This document shows positions 9,599 through 19,621 of a DNA stretch of 64,000 nucleotides, one piece after another. The notes under the pieces are model-generated. The model was not told where the DNA came from. It was given only the letters and a program-made list of their open reading frames with translations, and searched no databases. Numbering within the stretch: the first letter of the stretch is position 1; every line of letters starts with the position of its first letter. Position numbers and translations under genes: made by a program. This stretch comes from an uncultured Acidobacteriota bacterium (lineage in GTDB: Bacteria; Acidobacteriota; Thermoanaerobaculia; Multivoradales; UBA5704): assembly GCA_963700145.1 (NCBI GenBank), contig OY969474.1:896001-960000 (forward strand). Reading direction: 5' to 3'.

Positions 9599-9840
9599 AG
9601 GTCCACGTCGCGCATGCTGCCTTCGATCCGCTCGAAGTCGGCGTCCTCGCCCACATCCGGCATCTCGAGGAGAAGGTCTTTGAGCGACTTTTTCCTGCTG
9701 GGAAGCAAAGCTTCCCGGAGGATCTCCCGATGCTCCGCCTCGGCCGAGCGGCCATGCCGTGCCGCGCGCAGCTTGAGCTCCCGGACGACCTCCTCGTCGA
9801 GGTTCCGTACGATCAACTGGCTGCTGGCCCTCTTCTTCAT
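9595..9840 (-). CDS. FitA-like ribbon-helix-helix antitoxin
   Basis: QLIVRNLDEEVVRELKLRAARHGRSAEAEHREIL; lies directly upstream of the PIN toxin. Confidence 0.88.
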   Translation of the reverse strand: MKKRASSQLIVRNLDEEVVRELKLRAARHGRSAEAEHREILREALLPSRKKSLKDLLLEMPDVGEDADFERIEGSMRDVDL

Positions 9841-9856
9841 GCTATCAATGCTAGCG
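9840..9856. promoter_or_regulatory. Putative FitAB-type operator overlapping the -10 element
   Basis: TGCTATCA (9840-9847) and TGCTAGCG (9849-9856); TAGCAT -10 on the minus strand at 9848-9853. Confidence 0.55.
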
Positions 9857-9883
9857 CACTGAAGAGGGCGCGACAACAGGGCC

Positions 9884-10141
9884 TCAGCAAACCTCCGCAG
9901 CATCGCAAGCGCAACCTCGGCCCTTGCGGCAGGTGTACCGCCGGCTGATACAGGAGTCGCCGCAAGCCTTCCCGGTCGAGCAGACCTTGCAGCACTTCGA
10001 CGCCGGAATGCAGGTCTTCGCGGCCGGCCGAGCGCGGGCCATCACGACCGACTCGGCCGGCTCCACCGCCGGCGCCGCGAGCCAGAGCGCGATCACCACG
10101 CCGAGGAGGAAACTGGAGGCCCTCACCGTTGGTATGGACAC
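9884..10141 (-). CDS. Small secreted cysteine-rich protein (10 Cys)
   Basis: GTG start, hydrophobic signal, then CIPASKCCKVCSTGKACGDSCISRRYTCRKGRGCACDAAEVC. Confidence 0.7.
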   Translation of the reverse strand: MSIPTVRASSFLLGVVIALWLAAPAVEPAESVVMARARPAAKTCIPASKCCKVCSTGKACGDSCISRRYTCRKGRGCACDAAEVC

Positions 10142-10162
10142 GCTTCCGCCCGGGAAGTTTCG

Positions 10163-10191
10163 TTGACGTCCGGGGGTTGTCCCTCTAGAAT
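10163..10191 (+). promoter_or_regulatory. Sigma70-type promoter of tRNA-Leu
   Basis: TTGACG (10163-10168), 17-nt spacer, TAGAAT (10186-10191). Confidence 0.75.
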
Positions 10192-10223
10192 CCGCTGCCT
10201 GCCGCCGGTCAGGCGGCCTCCGT

Positions 10224-10310
10224 GCGAAAGTGGCGGAATTGGTAGACGCGCAAGATTCAGGATCTTGTGGTCGCAAGGCCGTGGGGGTTCGAGTCCCCCC
10301 TTTCGCACCA
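10224..10310 (+). tRNA. tRNA-Leu(CAG)
   Basis: GCGAAAG/CTTTCGC acceptor stem, D-loop GGTAGA, anticodon arm CAAGA-TTCAGGA-TCTTG, long variable arm, GGTTCGAGTCC T-arm, encoded CCA. Confidence 0.96.
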
Positions 10311-10745
10311 ATCTCCCGCTTCTAGCTGACCTTCGTACCGGGACCGAGCACAGGCAGGGCGCACCTCCTCCTCCTGCGGCCGTCTCAGCCTGTCCCTGAC
10401 CCAGTGCTCGGGAGGGCGTCGCCGCCGAGCGGGCTCTCGGGCGCAGCGCAGAAGCGGTGCCGACTCACCCCCTGTTATACTGACTTAACTGATCACTATT
10501 GGATCGCAGAGACACCAGTCGACCGGTCGTGGTCTCAATAGGCCGCGGCGACGAACCGCAAATTGCGCGAAGACCGCAACGGCTGTGCGCCCCGAGGGCA
10601 AGCTTTAGGGCGCGCAGTTGATCAGCTCCGAGGCGCTCGGAGAGACCCATTTGCCTCTCATGCTGCGCGGGAAAAACCCGATCTCCGCAAAAGCCGGCAG
10701 GTGCCCCGCACCCCTCGGGCCGCAAGGCCCTAACTGGGCAGATTG

Positions 10746-13700
10746 ATGCGGACGTTGCGAGCGGTGACGAGGTCGCGGACCAGCCGCTGGCTTGCCGTAG
10801 CCATCGTTGTGGCCACTCTCGGTGCAACCGCCGTTGTGCTTCGTGTTCGTACGCGCGAGGTCGAGCCGTTGGCCGTGTTGACGAGAGCCGCAAGCGCCCT
10901 GGACTATCGCCTGGCTGAGGGACGGCTCTCCAGCGCATTCGAGCATCGCGAGCTGCGTGTGAGGCGGAACGGCACCCAGGCCTTCAATTTCGTCGCTGTC
11001 CGCCGCGCAGCTGCCGAGTTGCGGTCGCAATGGGAAGAGGAAGGCACACCAGAAGCGGGGCAGTGGGCAGGAATGGCGCTGCTCGTCGCCGGAGACACCG
11101 AGCGTGCGGCGACCACGCTCATCGCGGCGCTCCAGCGTACGGCTGGAGAGCGCGATCCGGTGCGTGCAATCGCCAAGTGCGACGACCCCAACCTCCTCAC
11201 CGTTTTCAGCGCCGCCGCATTGCAGCGGGCGGCCGCTTCCGGGCGCGCCCACGATCTGCTGCTGGCCTTCGAGTCGGCGGATCGAGCGTGGCGCCTGGAC
11301 CGCGATGCGAACGCGGCGTGGAATCGCGCGCTCGCGGCGGAGCGGCTGGGAGCGCTCGTGGCGGCCGCGCACGCATGGGAGGAGGTAGTCGTCCTGGATC
11401 GGCTTTCGAGCTGGTCGCAGGAAGGTAGAGCGCGCCACGCCGCCGCGGTCCGGCTGGCCGAGGCTGTGTTGCCCGAATCAATCGAAGCATTTTTCCATCG
11501 ACAGTTGACCGTCCGCGCGATCTCGCTCCTGGAGGGCGGGGCGAGCCCTGCGCCGTCGGATACCCTCCATCCCTCGCGGCTCGACCCGATTCCGGGCGAC
11601 CATCTGGCTTCCGACACCACGGCGGCCGTCCTTCGCATCCGCCGGCAAGGGAGCGCCGCCGATCGTGCCCGGCTCAGCTCCGCGCTGGCGGCGTATACGC
11701 GCGCACGCGACGCGTTCGAGGACGATTCGCTCGAGGATGCGCGCCAGCAGTTTGAGCGCGTGGAGAACGAACTCCGTGCGCTCGACGTTCCATTCGCCTT
11801 GCTCGCCCGCGATCAACGGATCCGCAGTGGGTGCTCGCAGGCTGCAAGGCCGGGCTGCCTCGCTGACCTGCGGTCGCTTCGCGCGGAGCTCCTCGCATCG
11901 GGGCGCTATCCATGGCTCGCGGCGCGCGCGGCCTGCGCTCGAGGACAAGCCCTTTTCCGCCGTGGCCTGATCTATGACGCGGCGGCGTGGCTCCAGAAGG
12001 GGCAGGATGAGCTCCGCAGGCTGAACGATCCCGCGCTCGAGAGCCTGACAGCTTCGATGCTCGCAAACGCCTATGCCGCCGCCGGCGAAAAAGAAGCCGC
12101 CCTCGAGCAGTACCTCGCGGCGATTCGCCGCCGCTCGGCGCAGAGCGGTGACCGCCGACGCCGGCAGCTCGAAGACGTCATCGTGTTCGCCCTGCGCCAC
12201 GGATTCGTCGGCACCGCCGACCTACTGCTCGACGAGCTTCACCCGCTGCCGTCGACCGCGGCCGGCCTCGTGCTCGAGTCGACTCTGCGCGGCGTCATGG
12301 CCGGCCGTCGCGGCGATCCCGCGGCGGCGACGAAGCACTTCGAAAGGTCCCACGAGCTGCTCACCGCCGTTCGCGACCCCGACGCGCGCGCCGACGTACG
12401 GCGATCCCTCGCGATCGCGGAGAGCGAGCTGCAGCTCCTGTTCCCCGATTCGAATATCGCTCAGCTCAACGCCGCCGTAGCGGAGCACGAGAACGAACAG
12501 TTCTCGATATGGCTGCCGATCCTGCTCAGCAAGCGGGGAGCGGTTTTCGAGGAGCGCAATGAGCTGGTCCTCGCCGAGGACGACTACCGACGTGCCGTCG
12601 AGATCGTCGAGCAGCGTGAGCCGCGAATCGACCAGAGTGTCCTGAGCCTTGGCTTGGCGATCGAGCAGGACTCGCCGTTCGACCGCCTGATCCGGCTGTT
12701 GATGAGGCAACAGAGGATTACTGCTGCCTTGTCGATTGCCCAACGCGCCAGCGCGCTTCGCATCTCTTCACTCCACGCGAGGAGCGAGGGAGTGCGCGAT
12801 GTCTTTGATGCGGCGCGCGGGGCAGCGAACGACGACGGCATCGCGGGTACGCAGCGATTGCTGGATGGCGGTGAAGTCGCCGTGGTGCAGTACCTCCTTC
12901 GTGATGAGCTGACCACCTGGATCGTCACACCGCGTGCGATTCGCGCCATCCACCAGCCTGTTCGCGCCCAGGACCTCGTCGCCTTGGTCAACGACCTTCG
13001 TACCTGCGCACAGCGAACGGGTTGCCACGGTGACACGACCCTGGAGCTGGCGTCCGATCTCCTGCTCCGCGGCTGGATAGCGACGGTCCCGCGCGGCGCG
13101 ACGCTGCTGGTCCAGCCCCCGCACGAGCTGCAAGCCATCCCTCTGGCGCTCTTGAAGACGCTCGAGGGCGAGACGCTGCTCGCGCGCAACGCCCTCACGA
13201 CGACACCCAGCCTTCACGCGTTTGTGCGTGCCGCCGCCCTGGATGCTCAGCGGGCGGGTGGTGTGAGCGCGTTCTTCGCCGCCGCATCGCGCCCGGGGGC
13301 CGGCCACACCGCGCTTCCGCTGGCGGAGAGCGAAGTGACGCAGTCGTCTCGCTTCTACGAGCACGCCGAGGTCGACGCTCACGCCACTCGCACGTCGTTC
13401 CTGCAACGGTCGCCGTCGTTCTCCGTTCTCCACTTCGCTGGCCATGCTTTCGTCAACGACGAGCAGCCGCTACGTTCGGCGCTCGTCTTCGAACCAAGTG
13501 GTGAGGAGGGCGGCTCGACGTTGCTGCCGATGCACGAGCTCGATGAACAATCCTTCGCCAAAGCACGGCTGGTCGTCCTCTCGGGCTGCGAGACGGGACG
13601 CGCGCCGCGCCCGACCATGAGCCTCGCCGGCGCCCTGCTCAGCCAGGGCGTGCCGTCGGTGGTCTACGCCTCATGGCCGATCGAGGACGAGGCCGCGGAG

Positions 13701-13886
13701 GAGTTCGCCGTCGCGCTTCATCGGGCAGTCGCCGCCGGGCGCGGCCGTGCCGAAGCAGTTCGCGAGGCCCAGCTATCGATGTTGGAAAGTTACCCCAACC
13801 GGCCCAGCTGGTGGGCAGCATTCGCGCTCGCCGGCGCGCCCGGCCCAATCACCGAGGCGAGACAGGAGGAACGTGATGGCAAATGA
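10746..13886 (+). CDS. Membrane-anchored TPR-rich CHAT (caspase-like) protease
   Basis: N-terminal TM (WLAVAIVVATLGATAVVL), helical TPR-like body, C-terminal CHAT with VLHFAGHA, VVLSGCET and WWAAF. Confidence 0.88.
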   Translation: MRTLRAVTRSRTSRWLAVAIVVATLGATAVVLRVRTREVEPLAVLTRAASALDYRLAEGRLSSAFEHRELRVRRNGTQAFNFVAVRRAAAELRSQWEEEGTPEAGQWAGMALLVAGDTERAATTLIAALQRTAGERDPVRAIAKCDDPNLLTVFSAAALQRAAASGRAHDLLLAFESADRAWRLDRDANAAWNRALAAERLGALVAAAHAWEEVVVLDRLSSWSQEGRARHAAAVRLAEAVLPESIEAFFHRQLTVRAISLLEGGASPAPSDTLHPSRLDPIPGDHLASDTTAAVLRIRRQGSAADRARLSSALAAYTRARDAFEDDSLEDARQQFERVENELRALDVPFALLARDQRIRSGCSQAARPGCLADLRSLRAELLASGRYPWLAARAACARGQALFRRGLIYDAAAWLQKGQDELRRLNDPALESLTASMLANAYAAAGEKEAALEQYLAAIRRRSAQSGDRRRRQLEDVIVFALRHGFVGTADLLLDELHPLPSTAAGLVLESTLRGVMAGRRGDPAAATKHFERSHELLTAVRDPDARADVRRSLAIAESELQLLFPDSNIAQLNAAVAEHENEQFSIWLPILLSKRGAVFEERNELVLAEDDYRRAVEIVEQREPRIDQSVLSLGLAIEQDSPFDRLIRLLMRQQRITAALSIAQRASALRISSLHARSEGVRDVFDAARGAANDDGIAGTQRLLDGGEVAVVQYLLRDELTTWIVTPRAIRAIHQPVRAQDLVALVNDLRTCAQRTGCHGDTTLELASDLLLRGWIATVPRGATLLVQPPHELQAIPLALLKTLEGETLLARNALTTTPSLHAFVRAAALDAQRAGGVSAFFAAASRPGAGHTALPLAESEVTQSSRFYEHAEVDAHATRTSFLQRSPSFSVLHFAGHAFVNDEQPLRSALVFEPSGEEGGSTLLPMHELDEQSFAKARLVVLSGCETGRAPRPTMSLAGALLSQGVPSVVYASWPIEDEAAEEFAVALHRAVAAGRGRAEAVREAQLSMLESYPNRPSWWAAFALAGAPGPITEARQEERDGK

Positions 13887-14850
13887 GCTGCGCATCATCA
13901 TCGAAGGGATCGTGGTACTAGTACCGGGCCCTCCCAGCGATGGGTCGGACCACACTCCGGGACCGCTCTACGGCGTCATGCCGCGACTGACACGGCACGA
14001 GTCGCGCTATTCGAAGCTCAGCGCACACCGACCCGTGTACATTCCCGCGCACCTTCCGGCGGTCTTCACGAAGCTGAAGCCGGTGGAGGATTCGCGTCCC
14101 GCCGACGACAAGCATGGCAAGTTCTCCATCTGGTATCCCATGCGCGAGCGGATGGAGCTGCACTTCAGTGCCTTTGCAGAGCCGAGCGATCTCCGCTGGG
14201 TCCGTACAGGCGGCCCACCCTCGCCGCTGCCGGATCCGGATCCAGATCCGCTCCTGGACATCGCCTTCATCGCGGACTTTCGTGAGACCTGGCCAGTGCG
14301 CGGGCAGGTAGGCAAAGGGATGTTGGAGAAGGCGCACCCCGTATCGGAGGCCGTTGCCTGTCAACTGCTCGTTCCCTCGGGCTGGGTAGGTAGTCACGGC
14401 GAGTTCAAGAAGGTGGATCCTGCCGAGGCCATCTTCCTGCCCAAGCGGACTCCCAAACCGGTCACCAAGAAGCTCTTGCCACAGGTGGTGGTGAGCGTCA
14501 GGACGGATCGCGTGGAGTTCCGAATGTACTCGCTGGACACCGGCGAGGAGCTCGACTCGCTGGCCTTCCTGGTGGAGGATCTAAAACAGCCGAGCGTGAT
14601 CCGCATCGCGAACGGCGATCCGAAGAACATTCGCTACGTCATCGAGCATCTCGAGACCCCTGACAAGGCAAGCGAGCCGGTCGGCATCAAGCCCAGCCAC
14701 GACGGGAACTTCGGCGACATCGACTTCGAAGGGGGGTACAGCGTTCTCGCTGGCAAGGATGACGGCGGGTACCTCCCCATTCCGTGGGTCCCCAGTGTAT
14801 TTGGAGAGCGCAACTGCAATACCGGGTTTGCGAATCCACCAGAGGAGTAG
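13876..14850 (+). CDS. Hypothetical protein coupled to the CHAT gene
   Basis: AGGAGG SD then ATG at 13876, overlapping the CHAT gene by 11 nt; 324 aa, no recognised motif. Confidence 0.75.
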   Translation: MANELRIIIEGIVVLVPGPPSDGSDHTPGPLYGVMPRLTRHESRYSKLSAHRPVYIPAHLPAVFTKLKPVEDSRPADDKHGKFSIWYPMRERMELHFSAFAEPSDLRWVRTGGPPSPLPDPDPDPLLDIAFIADFRETWPVRGQVGKGMLEKAHPVSEAVACQLLVPSGWVGSHGEFKKVDPAEAIFLPKRTPKPVTKKLLPQVVVSVRTDRVEFRMYSLDTGEELDSLAFLVEDLKQPSVIRIANGDPKNIRYVIEHLETPDKASEPVGIKPSHDGNFGDIDFEGGYSVLAGKDDGGYLPIPWVPSVFGERNCNTGFANPPEE

Positions 14851-14888
14851 GTGCCGGGAACCTTGCTCGCCCCAACTGAGGAGGGTGT

Positions 14889-16451
14889 ATGAGCGTGAGG
14901 TGGAGCAAGGTTTCCCTGCTCCTTCCGGTCTGTGTCCTGGCGGCGACCGCCCTCCAGGCTGACGCCCCGCAGGCAACCCGCGCCAAGGTCGAAGCCGCAC
15001 TGTCGGGGCTCGACCAACTCGCGCGACAGGTCATCGAGCGGCAGGACGTTCCCGGAATGGCGATCGCGGTCATCTACCGCGACGAGGTCGTGTACCTCAA
15101 AGGGTTCGGCCGGCGCGAGGCCGGCAAGCCCGAGCTCGTCGACGCCGACACGGTGTTCCAGCTCGCTTCCATGTCCAAGCCGATCTCCTCGACGGTCGTC
15201 GCGGCGCTGGTCGGCGAAGAGGAAGAGAAGGTCGGCTGGGACACGCGGATCGCCGAGATCGATCCGGGGTTCAGGCTCCACGACGCCTATCCGACCGCCG
15301 AGGTGACGATCCGCGACCTCTTCGCGCATCGCAGCGGGCTCTGGGGAGACGTGGGCAACGACATCGAATGGCTCGGCTATTCACGGGACGAGATCCTCGG
15401 CCGGCTGAAGCTGCTAGAGCCCGGCGGGAGCTTTCGCGCCCGGTACTCCTACAGCAACTTCGGCCTGACCGAAGGGGGCGTGGCCGCGGCGAGGGCGGCG
15501 GGCGTGAGCTGGGAAGACCTGGCCGACGCCAAGCTCTTCCGGCCCCTCGGCATGCGCACGGCGAGCTTTCGTCACCGCGACTTCCTGGCTCGGGCCAACC
15601 GCGCCTCGCTCCACGTCCCCGTCGACGGCGCATGGAGCCCGAAGGTGAAGCGCAATCCGGATGCGCAGGCGCCGGGCGGCGGCGCGAGCGGCAGCGCTCG
15701 CGACCTGACGCAATGGGTGCGCCTGCAGCTTGCCGGCGGCAAGCTCGGAGGCACGCCCGTGATCGGCTCCGCCGCGCTCGCCGAGACGCATCTTCCCCAC
15801 ATCCTGCGCGGCAAGAACCCCTTCTCGGGAGAGGCCTCGTTCTACGGCCTCGGCTGGGGGATCGATTCGGGCCGGCGCGGAACCCACTGGAGCCACGCCG
15901 GCGCCTTCAGCGCCGGCGCCCGCACGGGCGTCGACCTCCTGCCCGCGGAGCAGCTCGGCATCGTCGTCCTGTGCAATGCCTTCCCGAGCGGCGTGCCGGA
16001 AGGGATCGCCGCCTCCTTCTACGACCTGGTGTTCGAAGGGAAGCCCTCGCAGGACTGGGTCGGGAAGTGGAACGAGCTGTTCAACAATGCCTACGGCGCC
16101 CCGGCGAACGAGGCCGCGGCCGCACCCTTCGCCAAGCCGCCGGCCTCGCCGTCACCGGCCCTGCCGCTCGCGGCGTACGTCGGGACCTACGAGAACGCCT
16201 ACGTCGGCCCGGCCGTCGTGTCGCAGCGCAGCGGCGCGCTCCACCTCACGCTCGGGCCGGGCGAGGGGATCACGTTCCCGTTGCAGCACTACGACCGCGA
16301 CCTGTTCCTCTTCTTCCCCGCTGAGGAAACTCCGAATCTCCCCTTCGGCGTCCGGTTCGCGATCGGGCCCGATCAGGTAGCGAGCGCGGTGACGATCGAC
16401 GCCTTCCACGAGAACGGCCAAGGCGTGCTCGTGAGGCGGGCGGCCGACTGA
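14889..16451 (+). CDS. Secreted serine hydrolase, beta-lactamase class C-like, with DUF3471-like C-terminus
   Basis: Signal peptide; SMSK (SxxK), YSN, HAG motifs; C-terminal YVGTYEN segment. Confidence 0.9.
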   Translation: MSVRWSKVSLLLPVCVLAATALQADAPQATRAKVEAALSGLDQLARQVIERQDVPGMAIAVIYRDEVVYLKGFGRREAGKPELVDADTVFQLASMSKPISSTVVAALVGEEEEKVGWDTRIAEIDPGFRLHDAYPTAEVTIRDLFAHRSGLWGDVGNDIEWLGYSRDEILGRLKLLEPGGSFRARYSYSNFGLTEGGVAAARAAGVSWEDLADAKLFRPLGMRTASFRHRDFLARANRASLHVPVDGAWSPKVKRNPDAQAPGGGASGSARDLTQWVRLQLAGGKLGGTPVIGSAALAETHLPHILRGKNPFSGEASFYGLGWGIDSGRRGTHWSHAGAFSAGARTGVDLLPAEQLGIVVLCNAFPSGVPEGIAASFYDLVFEGKPSQDWVGKWNELFNNAYGAPANEAAAAPFAKPPASPSPALPLAAYVGTYENAYVGPAVVSQRSGALHLTLGPGEGITFPLQHYDRDLFLFFPAEETPNLPFGVRFAIGPDQVASAVTIDAFHENGQGVLVRRAAD

Positions 16452-17302
16452 ATCGAGCCCCAGTCGCAGGCCGCCAGAAGCTGGCGGAAGCGGCCGTCGA
16501 AGCCGTCGCGGCCGGTCTCGTGGACGAACCACGCGAGGCCGGTCAACCGCCCCGGCGTCGGTCTGCCGGAGACCTCCCAGGGGTGGACCACCGCCACCGG
16601 CAGCCCGCCCTTCGCGCCGTGCTCGCGCACCGCCTTGAGCAGCCGCTCGGGGTTGGCGAGCCGGCCGGTCCAGCTCCCCGCCGGCAGGCGGAAGACGCCA
16701 CCGTAGGTGAGCGGCGGGAACTCCAGGAGGCGCGCGCCGTTGCCCCAGGTGAGGAGCGAGGCGAAGCGCGGGTTGTCGTAGCTGCCGGAGAGGGGGTTGG
16801 GGGCGAGCGAGCTGTCGTAGAGGTAGCCAGCCGCCTCGACGAGCGGCAGGCGCTGGTTCGAGAGGCGGCGGAGCGACCACTCCGGGGCGCGGAAGCCCCA
16901 GATCGGCCCGCCGACCAGGTCTTCGAGGACTGAGCGCGAGCGCTCGAGGTCGCGGCGGAAGGCCGCCGGCGTGCGGTCGGCGGCGCGCAGGTGGAGGTAA
17001 CCGTGGCTCGCCACCTCGTGGCCGGCGGCGGCGATCTCGCGCACCCGCCCGGGCAGCCGCTCGGCCACCTCGCCCAAGACGAAGAAGGTGCCGCGCCGCC
17101 CGGCCTCGGCGAAGCGCAGCAGCAGCTCCGGCAGCAGGCGGTCCAGCTCCTCATTGAGCTCCGGCCGCCGCTCCGGCCGCACGTACCGCGGCGCCAGGCA
17201 GGTGTGGTACCACTCCTCGACATCCACCGTCATCGCGCAGCCGAAACGCCCGCGCATCGCCTGCACCCGCGGCTGCGGTCCCACCAGCGGCTCAAGCAGC
17301 AT
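16373..17302 (-). CDS. Polysaccharide deacetylase (NodB-type with DUF3473-like tail)
   Basis: TVDVEEWY, TFFVLG, GHEVASHGYLH, GFRAPEWS, YDSS, HPWE. Confidence 0.88.
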   Translation of the reverse strand: MLLEPLVGPQPRVQAMRGRFGCAMTVDVEEWYHTCLAPRYVRPERRPELNEELDRLLPELLLRFAEAGRRGTFFVLGEVAERLPGRVREIAAAGHEVASHGYLHLRAADRTPAAFRRDLERSRSVLEDLVGGPIWGFRAPEWSLRRLSNQRLPLVEAAGYLYDSSLAPNPLSGSYDNPRFASLLTWGNGARLLEFPPLTYGGVFRLPAGSWTGRLANPERLLKAVREHGAKGGLPVAVVHPWEVSGRPTPGRLTGLAWFVHETGRDGFDGRFRQLLAACDWGSIQSAARLTSTPWPFSWKASIVTALAT

Positions 17303-17335
17303 TCGTCCCCCGTGCGTCTTGTCTCCCGGCACTGC

Positions 17336-17353
17336 TTGTGACAACCTTCACGA
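17336..17353. promoter_or_regulatory. Rex operator upstream of the nuo operon
   Basis: TTGTGAC-AACC-TTCACGA matches the Rex consensus TTGTGAA-N4-TTCACAA at 12 of 14 positions; rex ends the operon. Confidence 0.75.
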
Positions 17354-17388
17354 GCCCGGAAGGCGCTGCGGGCGCAGGAGGAAAGCCT

Positions 17389-17793
17389 CTGCCGGAGCAG
17401 TACTTCCCCGTGCTCTTGGCCCTGGGGTTCGCGATCGTTCTCGGGGTCGGCATCCTCAGTGTCTCGTACCTGCTGGGCCCCCAAACCGGCGGCCGGGTCA
17501 AAGGCACGACCGTCGAGTCGGGCATGCCGCTGCTCGACCGCTCCCACAAGCGGATCTCGGTCGCCTTCTTCCTGATCGCGCTGGACTTTATCGTGTTCGA
17601 CCTCGAAGCGGCATTCCTCTACCCCTGGGCCCTGGTCCTGCGGGAAGGCGGGTGGCCGCTCTTCCAGGCGGTGATGGTCTTCGTCGCGCTGATCCTCGTC
17701 GGCTACGTCTATGTCTGGAAGAAGGGCGGGCTGGACATCCGACCGCGCGGCAGCAAGACGCGGACGGCGGGGGCGCTGGAGGCCGGGCAGTGA
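17389..17793 (+). CDS. nuoA: NADH:quinone oxidoreductase subunit A
   Basis: ESG...FFLIALDFIVFDLEAAFLYPWA...WKKGGL; likely CTG start at 17389 after AGGAGG (GTG 17338 is the alternative). Confidence 0.92.
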   Translation: MPEQYFPVLLALGFAIVLGVGILSVSYLLGPQTGGRVKGTTVESGMPLLDRSHKRISVAFFLIALDFIVFDLEAAFLYPWALVLREGGWPLFQAVMVFVALILVGYVYVWKKGGLDIRPRGSKTRTAGALEAGQ

Positions 17794-18289
17794 GCGAGCC
17801 GCAGGCCAAGCCGGCGCCGCCGCGCCTCTCCGACGCCGGCCGCGCCGAGCTCGACACCCTGCGCTCCCGCTACCCGACGACCGAGGCGGTGCTCATTCCC
17901 GCCCTCCACATCGCGCAGCGCGAGTGGGGCGGCTGGCTCCCCGACGAGGCGATCGAGGCGGTCGCCGCCGAGCTCGACCTGCCGCCGGCCAGGGTCTACG
18001 GCGTGGTCACGTTCTACGACCTCTTCCACCAGCACCCGGTGGGGCGCCACCGCATCCGCGTCTGCACCAACCTCTCCTGCCAGCTCCGCGGCGCCGACGA
18101 GATCGTCGAGCTGCTGCACCAGGAGCTCGGCGTCGGCGAGGACGAGGTCACCCCGGACGGCCGCTGCTCCTACGTCCACTTCGAGTGCCTCGGCTCCTGC
18201 GACACGGCGCCGATGATGATGGTCGACGACGACTACCACGAGAACCTGACGCCGCAGCGGGTGCGGCGGGTCTTGAAAGAGCTCAAGTG

Positions 18290-18290
<1 letters not shown>
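17790..18290 (+). CDS. nuoE: NADH:quinone oxidoreductase subunit E
   Basis: VYGVVTFY, CTNLSC and CLGSC 2Fe-2S ligands; GTG overlaps the nuoA stop. Confidence 0.95.
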
Positions 18291-19600
<1,310 letters not shown>

Positions 19601-19621
19601 GCCGGGCGCTACGGAATCGCG

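Noticed and set aside
10590-10740. c-di-GMP riboswitch upstream of the CHAT gene
   Set aside because: Only small hairpins (GGGCC-GCAA-GGCCC) and a GCAAA word; the two-stem GEMM consensus is not met.
10311-16451. Integrative element at tRNA-Leu
   Set aside because: No integrase and no duplicated tRNA 3' end found by eye; treated only as an accessory block.
14889-16451. True AmpC resistance gene
   Set aside because: HAG replaces KTG and there is a C-terminal extension, which fits a general serine hydrolase.
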